In this document: positions 1 to 8,968 of the stretch, in pieces
Position numbering within the stretch: position 1 is the first letter of the stretch
Layout: each line of letters begins with the position of its first letter
Assembly (NCBI GenBank): GCA_964372275.1
Contig: CAYJRR010000017.1
Location: 1-48,475, forward strand
Direction: 5' to 3'
DNA: 48,475 bases
From: an uncultured bacterium
GTDB lineage: Bacteria > CAYJRR01
Notes under the pieces: model-generated
Databases searched by the model: none
Told to the model about the DNA's origin: nothing
Seen by the model: only the letters and a program-made list of their open reading frames with translations
Program-made: the position numbers and the translations under genes

Positions 1-468
1 GACGACGTTCGACGGCGAGACGTCGCGGTGGACCAGTTCCAGGCGGCGGCCGCGCTCGTCCTGCTTGCGATGCGCGTAGTCGAGTCCGCGCAGGATCTCC
101 GCCGCGATGTAGGCCGCGACCGCCGGCGGCGCCGTCTGCCCGCGATCGCGCGCGCGCCGGAGAACCGACCGGAGATCGCGCCCCGGGAGGTGCTCCATCA
201 CGATGTACGGCTCCTCGCCGACCGTCCCGACCTCGAAGACCGGGACGATGTTGCCGTGCACCAGGTGGAGCGAGAGCTCCGCCTCCGCGCGGAACCGCTC
301 GACGAACTCCGGATCCCCCGCGAACTGCGGCAGGATCCGCTTCACCACCACCGGCTTTCCGCCCCCGTCGATCGGCCGCGCCAACCAGACCTCCGCCATG
401 CCGCCGACGGCGAGCCGGCGCAGGAGGACGTAGCGCCCGAAGGGGAGATTTTCGGCGGGGGACGGCAC
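1..468 (-). CDS. Ser/Thr protein kinase (Hanks/Pkn type), N-terminal part; runs off the window start
   Basis: Manual minus-strand translation from GTG 468: PFGRYVLLRRLAVGGMAEVWLA (Gly-rich loop), VVVKRILP (catalytic Lys), HGNIVPVFEVG, YIVMEHLPG, ELVHRDVSPSNVV (HRD loop). Absent from the ORF track because no stop falls inside the window. Confidence 0.95.
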   Translation of the reverse strand, partial: MPSPAENLPFGRYVLLRRLAVGGMAEVWLARPIDGGGKPVVVKRILPQFAGDPEFVERFRAEAELSLHLVHGNIVPVFEVGTVGEEPYIVMEHLPGRDLRSVLRRARDRGQTAPPAVAAYIAAEILRGLDYAHRKQDERGRRLELVHRDVSPSNVV

Positions 469-586
469 CGTGGTTCAAGGATACCGCCGCCGGAGGAATG
501 GATCCGAACCGATCGGTAGCGGTATCGGTGTCGGACTCCGATCCGATCCGACCCGAACCGTGGCGGCGTCCGCGAGGCGTGCGCGC

Positions 587-614
587 TTGACGACCCTCGA
601 CCCTCCGCTATGCT
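587..614 (+). promoter_or_regulatory. Putative sigma70 promoter of the tRNA genes
   Basis: TTGACG (587-592), 16-nt spacer, TATGCT (609-614), ending 11 nt upstream of tRNA-Lys. Confidence 0.6.
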
Positions 615-625
615 GCCTCGATCCC

Positions 626-701
626 GAGTCGGTAGCTCAGTTGGTAGAGCATGCGCCTTTTAAGCGCGTGGCCGCGGGTTCGAGTCCCGCCCGACTCACC
701 A
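626..701 (+). tRNA. tRNA-Lys (anticodon TTT)
   Basis: 76 nt; acceptor stem GAGTCGG/CCGACTC, D arm TAGCTCAGTTGGTAGAGC, anticodon loop CTTTTAA, T loop GGTTCGAGTCC, encoded CCA. Confidence 0.97.
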
Positions 702-872
702 AGGGAGTGTCACTTCGGGGCGCCGGTGACGTCTGGTTCGAAGAACAGAGTCACTCGCCCCGGAGTCCGGCCCGACTCACCAAGTCGACCATCCTTGCGT
801 CGAAAGGCGTTCCTTCGAGGCGCCAGCGGCCTCGGTCGACGCGCGGAGCCACTCGCCCCGGCCCGACTCACC
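682..872 (+). repeat. Direct repeats of the tRNA-Lys 3' end (3 copies including the tRNA)
   Basis: GAGTCCcGCCCGACTCACCAAG (682-703) vs GAGTCCgGCCCGACTCACCAAG (763-784), 21/22 identical; GCCCGACTCACC again at 861-872; CACTCGCCCCGG lies just before copies 2 and 3. Confidence 0.85.
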
Positions 873-940
873 GGCCTTCGGTCGTCGCCCGGTAGGAGTT
901 GCCTTTCTCCAGTCGCCCGTGTTTCATCGGCGCGCCTCTC

Positions 941-1016
941 GTCCCCATCGTCTAGAGGCCCAGGACGCGGCCCTTTCAAGGCTGCAACACGGGTTCGAAT
1001 CCCGTTGGGGACGCCA
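941..1016 (+). tRNA. tRNA-Glu (anticodon TTC)
   Basis: 76 nt; acceptor stem GTCCCCA/TGGGGAC, TCGTCTAGAGGCCCAGGAC D region typical of tRNA-Glu, anticodon loop CTTTCAA, GGTTCGAATCC, encoded CCA. Confidence 0.97.
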
Positions 1017-1018
1017 CG

Positions 1019-1579
1019 TCATCCACCCGCGCGCAATGCGCGCGCGAGCGACATGTAGGGGGCGTTCTGGAGATCGTCGGCGATCGGCTCGTCGGCGAGC
1101 TCACCCAAGGTTCGGGTCTGGCCGTCGGGGATCCAGAAGCTCTCCCAGGGGGCGTTCCCTTCGCCGCGCGGGGTGGCGGTGAGGCGGCCGGGGATGGCGG
1201 CTTCGTAGACGCGCGCCTCCCCCTCGCCGGCGGCGTAGCCGACGGCGATCCGCGCCACGCCGTGCGCGCCGTCGTGGCGTTTGCGCCAGGCCGAGCCCTC
1301 CGGGTCCTCGAACGCCTGGCGGAACGAGGCGCCGGAGACGACGCCGTCCGCGAGCTCGATCGACAACGCCTCGGCGAAGACGGGGGCGCCCAAGACCTTG
1401 AACGCCTCCTGCGCGCGAAAGCGGGCGACGGCGCCGGGGCCGCCGCTGGGCGGGACCGGGAGGCGCGCCGTACGGCGTTCGATCTGGACCTCGGCCTCCT
1501 CCTCCAGGAGGCCGGCGATCTCCTCGAACTTCTCCTCGTTGGTGGTCAGGAAAAAGGCGTGCGGAGCGGGGGCGTTCAC
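1019..1579 (-). CDS. Ham1/RdgB (ITPase)-fold protein with degenerate active site
   Basis: FLTTNEEKFEEIAGLL matches the Ham1 N-terminal TxNxxK motif; C-terminal GRLTATPRGEG-x-WESFWIPDGQTRTLGEL matches the family. Catalytic Asp and SHR motifs are missing. Start GTG 1579 chosen by domain boundary. Confidence 0.75.
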   Translation of the reverse strand: MNAPAPHAFFLTTNEEKFEEIAGLLEEEAEVQIERRTARLPVPPSGGPGAVARFRAQEAFKVLGAPVFAEALSIELADGVVSGASFRQAFEDPEGSAWRKRHDGAHGVARIAVGYAAGEGEARVYEAAIPGRLTATPRGEGNAPWESFWIPDGQTRTLGELADEPIADDLQNAPYMSLARALRAGG

Positions 1580-1630
1580 GCCCGGAAGGAGATACTCTCC
1601 CGGACGGCATTGCAAGCCGGAGGTCGGTCG

Positions 1631-2056
1631 ATGGCGTACGACGAGAAGCTGGTCGAGAGGATCCGCAAGGCGTTCCCCGCCGGTTCCAAGGCGGTGGAGA
1701 AGAAGATGTTCGGCGGCGTCGCCTTCCTGCTCGACGGGAAGATGACGGTCGGCGTGCTCGGGGACGAGCTGATTGCGCGCGTCCCGCCGGAGGAGAACGA
1801 CGCCCTCGTGCGGCGGCCGCACGCGCGGCAGTTCGACTACACCGGCCGCCCGATGAAGGGTTGGATCTACATCGCCCCCGCGGGCTTGAAGACACCGGCA
1901 TCGCTCAAGGGATGGATCGAAACCGCGGTCGGCTTCGCGCGGGCGCTGCCGGCCAAGACGCCGAAGAAACGCCCACCGCCGAAACTTCCCGGCCGCCGCG
2001 CCCGCACGAGGGAATCGGTGGCCGCCCCCTCCGGGCGTCGCGTGGTACGGGACTAA
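1631..2056 (+). CDS. TfoX/Sxy N-terminal domain protein
   Basis: MAYDEKLVERIR...EKKMFGGVAFLLDGKM...FDYTGRPMKGWIYI; GGAGG at 1619-1623 upstream of ATG 1631. Confidence 0.9.
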   Translation: MAYDEKLVERIRKAFPAGSKAVEKKMFGGVAFLLDGKMTVGVLGDELIARVPPEENDALVRRPHARQFDYTGRPMKGWIYIAPAGLKTPASLKGWIETAVGFARALPAKTPKKRPPPKLPGRRARTRESVAAPSGRRVVRD

Positions 2057-2242
2057 AAGCGTGAGTGACCGGTCGCGGACGTCCGGCGCAATCGTTCCGT
2101 CCCCGCAAGTCCGACTCGACCTTCCTGATTTCCAAGGTGAATCGGTGACCGTGTCCGGCCGGTCGCACCCTGGCGTCGGAGTTGCTCCCCTGACTCCTCG
2201 GAGGAGATCACGATGACCACGCGCACGCTCGTCACTAGACGG

Positions 2243-2398
2243 TCACTCCGAGCGGTCAGCCGACGTTCGGACGCACGTCTTCGAGGCGGGCCTGTCGGAC
2301 GCCTCAGGGTGCTGCTCTAACAAGTCGGTCTGCGGGGGCGCCCGCGCCGGAGCCACGGTCGGTGGATCGGTGGGGAGGCCGAGATGGCGAAGAATGCC
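2243..2398 (-). pseudogene. Remnant of an IS91/ISCR-like transposase C-terminus
   Basis: ILRHLGLPTDPPTVAPARAPPQ resembles the C-terminal tail of IS91-family transposases; no catalytic (HUH/Y) part upstream. Confidence 0.55.
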
Positions 2399-2553
2399 CA
2401 CCTGGCCGTTTCGAAGGCAACCGGCGCGCCGGTCGGGGGAGGCGAGCCCCGGACGCACCGGCCTTCGACGCCCGGCGCGTCAGCGCTTCGTCCCGCACAT
2501 GGCGCGGAAGTGGGGTTCCCCGGAGCGTGGGCGGAAGCGCTACGATCGCGCCG

Positions 2554-3165
2554 GTGATCCGACTCCTCGCGCTGCTCGTCCTTGCGTCGCCGCCAATCGA
2601 CAATGCGGTTCTTCCCGCTGATGCCGATGCCGGAGCCGCTGGGGAGGAAATGACCTCTTCACGACCCCTCCAGCTGAAGCTCGATGCCGGATGGGCGTTC
2701 TTTCGGAAGACGGACGAGGATGAAGACCGCATTTTCAGCGGGCGGCTCCCGTACGAATTGAGCGCATACCTGGGCTTCCCACGGCGTCTGATGCCGCGAG
2801 CGACCCCGTTCTACGGCTTCGGTGTGAGTGCCTCGGTGATCGGCGCTCACTACTACCAACTATCGGTTGGCCCGACGGCGAACGTCGGATTCGTTTTCTC
2901 GGGCCGAGACGTGGGGTTCCTCGATTTGTCGGTCACACCCGTGTTGGGTCGGCGCCTCACCGAAGGAGCCGGGGGGCGTCCGACCCGGATCGCCGGGATC
3001 GGAGGCGGGGGCCGAATTGGTATCGGGGTGGCGCTTCCATACCTGTTCGCACTCCGTTGTCCTAATCACGTCGAGGTGCTCTACGAGCACTACGTCGACT
3101 CGGACTACGGACCGCGGAGATCGTGGATCGCTCGAATCGGCATTGGCGGGATCGGTCGGCCGTAG
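2554..3165 (+). CDS. Hypothetical exported protein, possibly a small outer-membrane beta-barrel
   Basis: Signal-like N-terminus ([12 protein letters not shown]) and alternating strand-like segments ([45 protein letters not shown]); more A/T at third codon positions than neighbouring genes. Confidence 0.55.
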   Translation: MIRLLALLVLASPPIDNAVLPADADAGAAGEEMTSSRPLQLKLDAGWAFFRKTDEDEDRIFSGRLPYELSAYLGFPRRLMPRATPFYGFGVSASVIGAHYYQLSVGPTANVGFVFSGRDVGFLDLSVTPVLGRRLTEGAGGRPTRIAGIGGGGRIGIGVALPYLFALRCPNHVEVLYEHYVDSDYGPRRSWIARIGIGGIGRP

Positions 3166-3348
3166 GCGCCCCGCCGGCCGATCCGAAAAGAGCGGATCGC
3201 GCGCACCCCCACGCCCGGCTCCCCGAGCGTTCGTTTCACCGCCGTCGGACGTGTGATCTCCCCTCTCCCGGAGTCACCCCGCGACGCGATCCTTCGTCTC
3301 CGCGGCCAGCACCTCCACGGCCCAGAAATACACCGGCTCGGTCTTCCC

Positions 3349-4284
3349 CTAGCGTCCTGTCCCAGAAAACAGCGATACAAATGGTCGGAAAATGGCGGCG
3401 TCGATTCGTCACCAACCGTCTGGACGGCCTTTTCGACGAGCCGCGGCCCGGTGCTCCCCGAACGATCTCCGATGCGGCCGTCGAGCGTGTGCTTACGCCC
3501 ACGCTCGAGAGCGTTCCCGAGGACGCAATGCATTGGTCGACGCGCTCCATGGCGAAGGCGTCGGGATTGAGCCGCAGCACCGTTCATCGTACTTGGCGCG
3601 CTTTCTCGCTCCACCCGCACCGGTCCGACACGTTCAAGCTGTCCAAGGATCCACTGTTCATCGAGAAGGTTCGCGACATCGTCGGCCTCTACCTGGACCC
3701 GCCGGACCGTGCGCTCGTTCTGTGCGTCGATGAGAAGAGCCAAATCCAGGCGCTCGACCGCAGCCAGCCGGTTCTTCCCATGCGGCCTGGCCAGATTGAG
3801 CGGAGAAGTCACGACTTCACTCGGCACGGAACGACCTCGCTCTTCGCCGCATTGGACGTGAAGGAAGGCCGCGTGATCGGCGAACTCCATCGGCGCCACC
3901 GCAGCATCGAATTCCGAAAGTTCCTGGAGACGATTGAAGCGAACGTTCCCGCCGACCTCGATCTCCACCTCGTCCTCGACAACTATGGAACGCACAAGAC
4001 TCCGTTGATCCGGCGATGGCTGAAGCGGCACCCACGCTTCAAACTGCACTTCACGCCGACCAGCGCCTCGTGGCTCAACCTGTTCGAGCGTTGGTTTGCG
4101 CTCCTCACGGAAAAACAGATCCGCCGAGGCGTTCACCGGAGCACGAGGGAACTCGAAGACGCGATCCGACGCTACCTGCGCCTCCACAACCACGATCCGA
4201 AGCCCTTCGTGTGGACGAAGACCGCCGACGAAATCCTCGCGAGCCTCGCCCGATTTTGTAATCGAATCTCTGGGAGGACACTAG
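3349..4284 (+). mobile_element. IS630-family insertion sequence, internally deleted
   Basis: Ends CTAGCGTCCTGTCCCAGA (3349) and TCTGGGAGGACACTAG (4284) form an imperfect inverted repeat; CTAG at both ends fits TA duplication; encloses a DDE transposase. Confidence 0.9.
3381..4284 (+). pseudogene. IS630 transposase, 5'-truncated with a frameshifted end
   Basis: [41 protein letters not shown] (D), VLDNYGTHK (D), [10 protein letters not shown] (E), [13 protein letters not shown]. The first HTH region is absent and the frame reads past the IS end to 4382. Confidence 0.85.
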
Positions 4285-5177
4285 CGCAGCGGATGGCGGC
4301 GCATCGTCGCGGCGAGCGAGGCGAAGAGGGTCCGCCGCGAATCGCCGGCGCGGAAGAAGAGCCGGAAGTGGTCGTGCAGTAGACGCACGCCGGGCAGGAT
4401 CGGTCGCAGCCGGCCGGCGCGCAGGTCGGGGGCGACCAGATAGGTCGGAAGGACGGCCACCCCCTCCCCTGCGAGGACGAGCGCCCGGATCGCGGCGATC
4501 GTTCCGAGCCGCAGCCGCCGGCCGAATGGCAGGCGGTCGCCGCCGCCGGGGGCGTCGCGCCAATAGGAGAAGAGCGGCAGGTCGGCGTCGACGTCGAGCA
4601 AGGTGTGCGCGCGTGCATCGGCCGGCCGCCGCAAGGGACGGAGGCGCAGAAGCGCGGGGCTCCCCACCAGGGCGTACGACTCGCGGTGGAGCGATTCGGC
4701 GGCGATCGCCGGGTCGGTGACGCGCATCGAGCCGACGGCGCAGTCGACCTCCTGCGTCCGCAGGCGGATCAGGAGGTCGGGACCGGAGCCGACGTAAAGA
4801 TGGACCGTCATCTCCGGGTGCGACCGGTGCAGCGACGGGAGCATCGGCACGATCCACGACATTCCCAACTCGTGGCGCGTCCCCAACGTGACCTCCGCAG
4901 GTAGCGGCGACGTCTCGCCGCGCGCGGCGCGGACGGCGAGCGCGACGGCGTCGAGCGCGGCATGGGCGTGCGGCAGGAGCGCCCTCCCCGGCTCGGTCAA
5001 CGCCATGCGGCGGGTGGTGCGCTCGAAGAGGCGCGACCCGACCTGCGCCTCGAGCTGGCGGACGCGCTGGCCGACGGCGGCCGGGGTGAGGGCGACGCGG
5101 CGGGCCGCGGCGCGGAAGCTCAGCGACCGCGCCGTCTCCACGAAGCAGCGAAGCGTCTCGATCGCCGGGAGATCCAC
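4281..5177 (-). CDS. LysR-family transcriptional regulator
   Basis: [56 protein letters not shown] wHTH plus substrate-binding domain; 298 aa. Confidence 0.95.
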   Translation of the reverse strand: MDLPAIETLRCFVETARSLSFRAAARRVALTPAAVGQRVRQLEAQVGSRLFERTTRRMALTEPGRALLPHAHAALDAVALAVRAARGETSPLPAEVTLGTRHELGMSWIVPMLPSLHRSHPEMTVHLYVGSGPDLLIRLRTQEVDCAVGSMRVTDPAIAAESLHRESYALVGSPALLRLRPLRRPADARAHTLLDVDADLPLFSYWRDAPGGGDRLPFGRRLRLGTIAAIRALVLAGEGVAVLPTYLVAPDLRAGRLRPILPGVRLLHDHFRLFFRAGDSRRTLFASLAATMRRHPLR

Positions 5178-5274
5178 GAGACGATTATAAAGACCCCCTT
5201 TTGTATTTAGAAAAGATCAGATCGATTCCGTATTTCATGCCGTCACCACTATCCTGCGGAACGTGGAGGTGGAC

Positions 5275-6633
5275 ATGTCCCTGCGACGACGAACGCTGGC
5301 GATGGCGATGCTGCTCTCCGGATGCACGGCCCCAGGGGGCGATCGGCCCGAACCGACCCCGGAGGAGACACTCCCCCCACCCGGCTGCGACGGACAGGTG
5401 CTGCTGGAGCTCGACGGGGCGGAGCTGGTCCGATCGGGGGTCGACGGCGCGCGGCAGACCCTGTTCCGGCTCGGAGAGTCGGCCGGACTGCCGCCGGAGA
5501 GCGTCGTCCCTCTGCAGTGGATCCACCGCGGCCAGTCGATCGCGGCGCTCGCCTTCCTCTACGACGACCCGGGCCACCGCTACGAGCTCGTCCGTCTCGA
5601 CCTCGGCGGGGAGGTGATGTTCCACCGGATCTTTCAGGCGGAGTACAACCCCACCCTGCACCTCGCGGACGACGGATCGATGGCGCTGGCCGGCGAGGAG
5701 AGCCTGGCGGTGCGCCCCGACGGCGACACGGTCGAGCTCGGTCCGGTCCATCCCCTCGCCGCCCCGCACGGCGATCACCTTCTCGTCGCCGACACCCCGC
5801 CCTGGCAGGGGGCACTCCACCCCGGCTGGCTCGACCTCCACGACTTGACGCGCGAGCCGCTCGACGAGACGCCGATCGAGTTCCCGGAGTTCGTCGACCT
5901 GGGGAGCTCCGTGCTCTACGAAGCGACGGGCGATCGCCTGGTCGTCACGTCGCCGATGGTCACCCGTGCCTTCGAGCATCCGGACCTCGGTCCGACGGCC
6001 GTCGCGGTCGTCTTGGACGTGACCTCCGACCCGACCTTCGTGTTGCTGGCGTCGAGCGACGGCGACCGGCTGGAGCGACTCGATCTCTACGCGCAGCGTC
6101 TCGACCCGATCGCGCTCGACGACTCCTCGAACGCCTGGACCTTCGACGCGCGCTTGACGCCGACGGGATCGGTGCTCGCGACCTCCCTCCTCGGGGACGG
6201 CCGCCCGCAGCTCCGCCGGACCGACGACCTCGGACTCACCTGGCAGCCGGTCGGAACGCCGATGACCTCCCAGGACGATCTCGGTTTCATGGACCACCTG
6301 CTCCCGATCGCGCGGGGGGACCGCGTGATGGTGCTCCACCTCTCGCGCGGGTACGGCGATTTCCTGCAGGAGGTGCAGTTCGTCTCCCCCGACGCGTCGG
6401 TCCAATCGATCGCGGCCGGTGGACTCTACGTGAACGCCGACCTCGACCCGGGCGCCGCCGCGCTCGCCGGGGACGGCGCCTGCGCCGCCACCTGGATCCG
6501 GCGCGCGGATGGCACGACCGGCGACGCGGTGTTCGATCTCCATTGGATCGACACCGTCACCGCGGAGAGGACGGCCGTCCGTTCTTCCGACCGCGTCTCC
6601 CGCCTCCTCTTCGGCGAACGTCCGGTCCCGTAA
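5275..6633 (+). CDS. Hypothetical acidic lipoprotein, probably beta-rich (propeller-like)
   Basis: RBS GGAGGT at 5265-5270; MSLRRRTLAMAMLLSG-C lipobox; BNR-like RTDDLGLTW segment; GC3-rich codon usage. Confidence 0.75.
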   Translation: MSLRRRTLAMAMLLSGCTAPGGDRPEPTPEETLPPPGCDGQVLLELDGAELVRSGVDGARQTLFRLGESAGLPPESVVPLQWIHRGQSIAALAFLYDDPGHRYELVRLDLGGEVMFHRIFQAEYNPTLHLADDGSMALAGEESLAVRPDGDTVELGPVHPLAAPHGDHLLVADTPPWQGALHPGWLDLHDLTREPLDETPIEFPEFVDLGSSVLYEATGDRLVVTSPMVTRAFEHPDLGPTAVAVVLDVTSDPTFVLLASSDGDRLERLDLYAQRLDPIALDDSSNAWTFDARLTPTGSVLATSLLGDGRPQLRRTDDLGLTWQPVGTPMTSQDDLGFMDHLLPIARGDRVMVLHLSRGYGDFLQEVQFVSPDASVQSIAAGGLYVNADLDPGAAALAGDGACAATWIRRADGTTGDAVFDLHWIDTVTAERTAVRSSDRVSRLLFGERPVP

Positions 6634-6712
6634 GGAACGTTCGCCGCAGGCGCCCCCGGGGCGCGGGTTCTGTCGCCCGCCGCCCTCGGGGAGTTGGGCT
6701 AGAGTGGCCCCC

Positions 6713-7729
6713 ATGTCCGACGACGTCCTGCGGTCGTTCCCGCTCGGGTTCCCCTGGCCGACGATCGATCCGTTCCTCTTCTGCGCCTACCACGACGACG
6801 CCTATCCGGCGGGGAACGAGGCGATGGGCCCGTCAACCCCGCTGGACGGGCGCCGCTTGGGGGAGGACTTCGAGCCGAAGGACGGCTGGCGGATGTACCA
6901 CGGGACGGCGATCCCCGGTTTCCCCCGGCATCCGCATCGCGGATTCGAAACGGTGACCGTGGTCCGGCGCGGAACGGTCGACCATTCCGACTCCCTCGGA
7001 GCGACGGCACGACTCGGGTCGGGGGATGTCCAGTGGATGACGGCGGGCAGAGGGATCGTCCACGCCGAGATGTTCCCTCTGCTCGACCGCGCCGCGCCGA
7101 ATCCGCTCGAGCTGTTCCAGGTCTGGCTCAACCTGCCCCGGCGCGACAAGCTCGCCGACCCGCACTTCGCGATGTTCTGGGCCGAGTCCGTTCCCCGCCT
7201 CCGTCTCGAGGCCCGCGGCGGCGCGGTCGACGTGACGGTCTGCGCCGGGGAGCTCGGCGGCCGCCGCGCCCCGCCACCGCCGCCCCGGTCCTGGGCCGCC
7301 TCCCCCGAGTCGGACGTGGCGATCTGGACGATCCGCGTCGACGCCGGCGCCGCCTGGACGCTGCCCCCCGCATCCGGGCCCGCGACGGGGCGCACGCTCT
7401 ACTTCCACCGCGGCACGCGGATCCGACTCGCCGGAACGACGATCGACGCCGGCAACGCCGCCGTGGTACGAGCCGATCGCCCGATCGAGATCGCCGCCGT
7501 CGGTTCGGCCGCCGACCTCCTGTTGCTGCAAGGACGCCCGATCGGCGAGCCGGTGGCTCCGTACGGACCGTTCGTGATGTCGACGCGGGAGGAGATCCTC
7601 CGCGCGTTCGACGACTACCGGCGTACCGAATTCGGCGGGTGGCCGTGGCCGAGCGACGGTCCGACGCACCCGCGGGAGGCCGGACGGTTCGCGCGACACG
7701 CCGACGGCCGCATCGAGCGCCCGACCTGA
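6713..7729 (+). CDS. Pirin family protein
   Basis: DPFLF, GFPRHPHRGFETVT, DHSDSLG, VQWMTAGRGIVHAE, FQVWLNLP, EPVAPYGPFVM. Confidence 0.95.
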   Translation: MSDDVLRSFPLGFPWPTIDPFLFCAYHDDAYPAGNEAMGPSTPLDGRRLGEDFEPKDGWRMYHGTAIPGFPRHPHRGFETVTVVRRGTVDHSDSLGATARLGSGDVQWMTAGRGIVHAEMFPLLDRAAPNPLELFQVWLNLPRRDKLADPHFAMFWAESVPRLRLEARGGAVDVTVCAGELGGRRAPPPPPRSWAASPESDVAIWTIRVDAGAAWTLPPASGPATGRTLYFHRGTRIRLAGTTIDAGNAAVVRADRPIEIAAVGSAADLLLLQGRPIGEPVAPYGPFVMSTREEILRAFDDYRRTEFGGWPWPSDGPTHPREAGRFARHADGRIERPT

Positions 7730-7790
7730 TTCCACCGCGGCCGGTCCGGTCCGCTTGAGATCCGCGCCCGATCCGGTACGCAACGGGTGC

Positions 7791-8927
7791 ATGAAGACCT
7801 CGCTCGGCCTCGCCGCCGCGTCGCTGCTCGCCGTGACCGCCGGCATCGGCTGCAACGACGGGCCGCTGGTCGGGCTTCCCGGAACACGCACCGAGATCCA
7901 CCAACAGGAGCACCGGGATCCGACGCCGCCGAAGGTCGACCTCCTCTGGGTGATCGACGACTCCGGGTCGATGGCCGACGAACAAGGCCGGCTCGCGGAG
8001 AGCTTCCAGGCGTTCGCCGACCGCGCCCTCGAGATCGGTCTCGACCTCCATCTGGCGGTGACCAGCGCCGATCCGACCGCCGGCGGCGAGCGAGGCCGCT
8101 TCGTCGGATCGCCCGCGGTCCTGACTTCCGACACCCCGAACTGGAGCGCCGAGTTCGTGCAGCGTGCGCTCCTCGGAACCGGCGGCAATTCACGCGAGGC
8201 CGGCCTGCAGACGGCGCGGATGGCCCTTTCCGAGCCGCTCCTCTCGGCCGAGAACGCGGGGTTCCGGCGGCCGGGCGCGCGCCTGGCGCTCGTCTTCCTG
8301 AGCGACGAGGACGACCAGACGTTGCCGGACGGCGCGCCCGAGCCGACGTCGGCGGAACTCCGGAGCGCCGCATGGCGAGACACGAACCTCGTCCCCGTCG
8401 CGGAGCTCACCGACTTCTTCTCGCAGCTCGACGGCGACGGGTCGCCGTCGCTCTACGCCACCGCCATCGTCGGCGATCCGGTCGGGGACCGGTCCGCCGG
8501 GGTCGACTTCGACCAGACCGGATGCGAGACCGATCCGACCAACGGCGACCACGACGCGCGTGGAGGGTTCCGGTACGCGGCCGCCGTCGCCGCCTTCGGT
8601 GGCGGATGGCACAGCATCTGCGGCGGCGTCGACCAGTTTCGCGCAATCCTGGAGGAGCTCGCCGACGACGTCGCCCCCCCTTCGCCGCTCCGAACCGAGT
8701 TCGCGCTCGAGCACGAACCCCTTCCCGGTAGCCTCTCCGTGACGGTCGACGGCGTCGACGTGCCCGACGATCCCGACTCCGGATGGAGCTGGGTCCCCGG
8801 CGTGGGCGTCGTCTTCTCGGAGGCCGCGATCCCGCCCTCCTGCGCCCGGATCGAGTTCCACTACCGGCTCCCCCCGGGCGTGCGCCACCCGCCGTCCCAG
8901 CCCCACACGTCGCCCGGCTGTTCCTAG
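7791..8927 (+). CDS. VWA-domain lipoprotein (myxobacterial type)
   Basis: Lipobox GIG-C; KVDLLWVIDDSGSM (MIDAS DxSxS), EAGL, GFRRPGARLALVFLSDEDD; Cys-containing C-terminal beta domain. Confidence 0.85.
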   Translation: MKTSLGLAAASLLAVTAGIGCNDGPLVGLPGTRTEIHQQEHRDPTPPKVDLLWVIDDSGSMADEQGRLAESFQAFADRALEIGLDLHLAVTSADPTAGGERGRFVGSPAVLTSDTPNWSAEFVQRALLGTGGNSREAGLQTARMALSEPLLSAENAGFRRPGARLALVFLSDEDDQTLPDGAPEPTSAELRSAAWRDTNLVPVAELTDFFSQLDGDGSPSLYATAIVGDPVGDRSAGVDFDQTGCETDPTNGDHDARGGFRYAAAVAAFGGGWHSICGGVDQFRAILEELADDVAPPSPLRTEFALEHEPLPGSLSVTVDGVDVPDDPDSGWSWVPGVGVVFSEAAIPPSCARIEFHYRLPPGVRHPPSQPHTSPGCS

Positions 8928-8968
8928 CGTTGACGCCGATCGCGCGCGCGTGTTCCGCTTCGAGCACG

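Noticed and set aside
28-519. 163-aa plus-strand ORF
   Set aside because: Antisense shadow of the Ser/Thr kinase, which has clear motifs on the minus strand.
682-872. Possible CRISPR array
   Set aside because: The repeats are tRNA 3'-end copies, only three, unequal in length with long spacers; no cas genes in the window.
3123-3380. N-terminal 86 codons of the 419-aa transposase ORF
   Set aside because: Mostly outside the left inverted repeat (3349) and not transposase-like; a chance open frame.
626-4284. Prophage or integrative element at the tRNA genes
   Set aside because: No integrase or phage genes, and I saw no distant att copy; genes right after tRNA-Glu have host-like codon usage.
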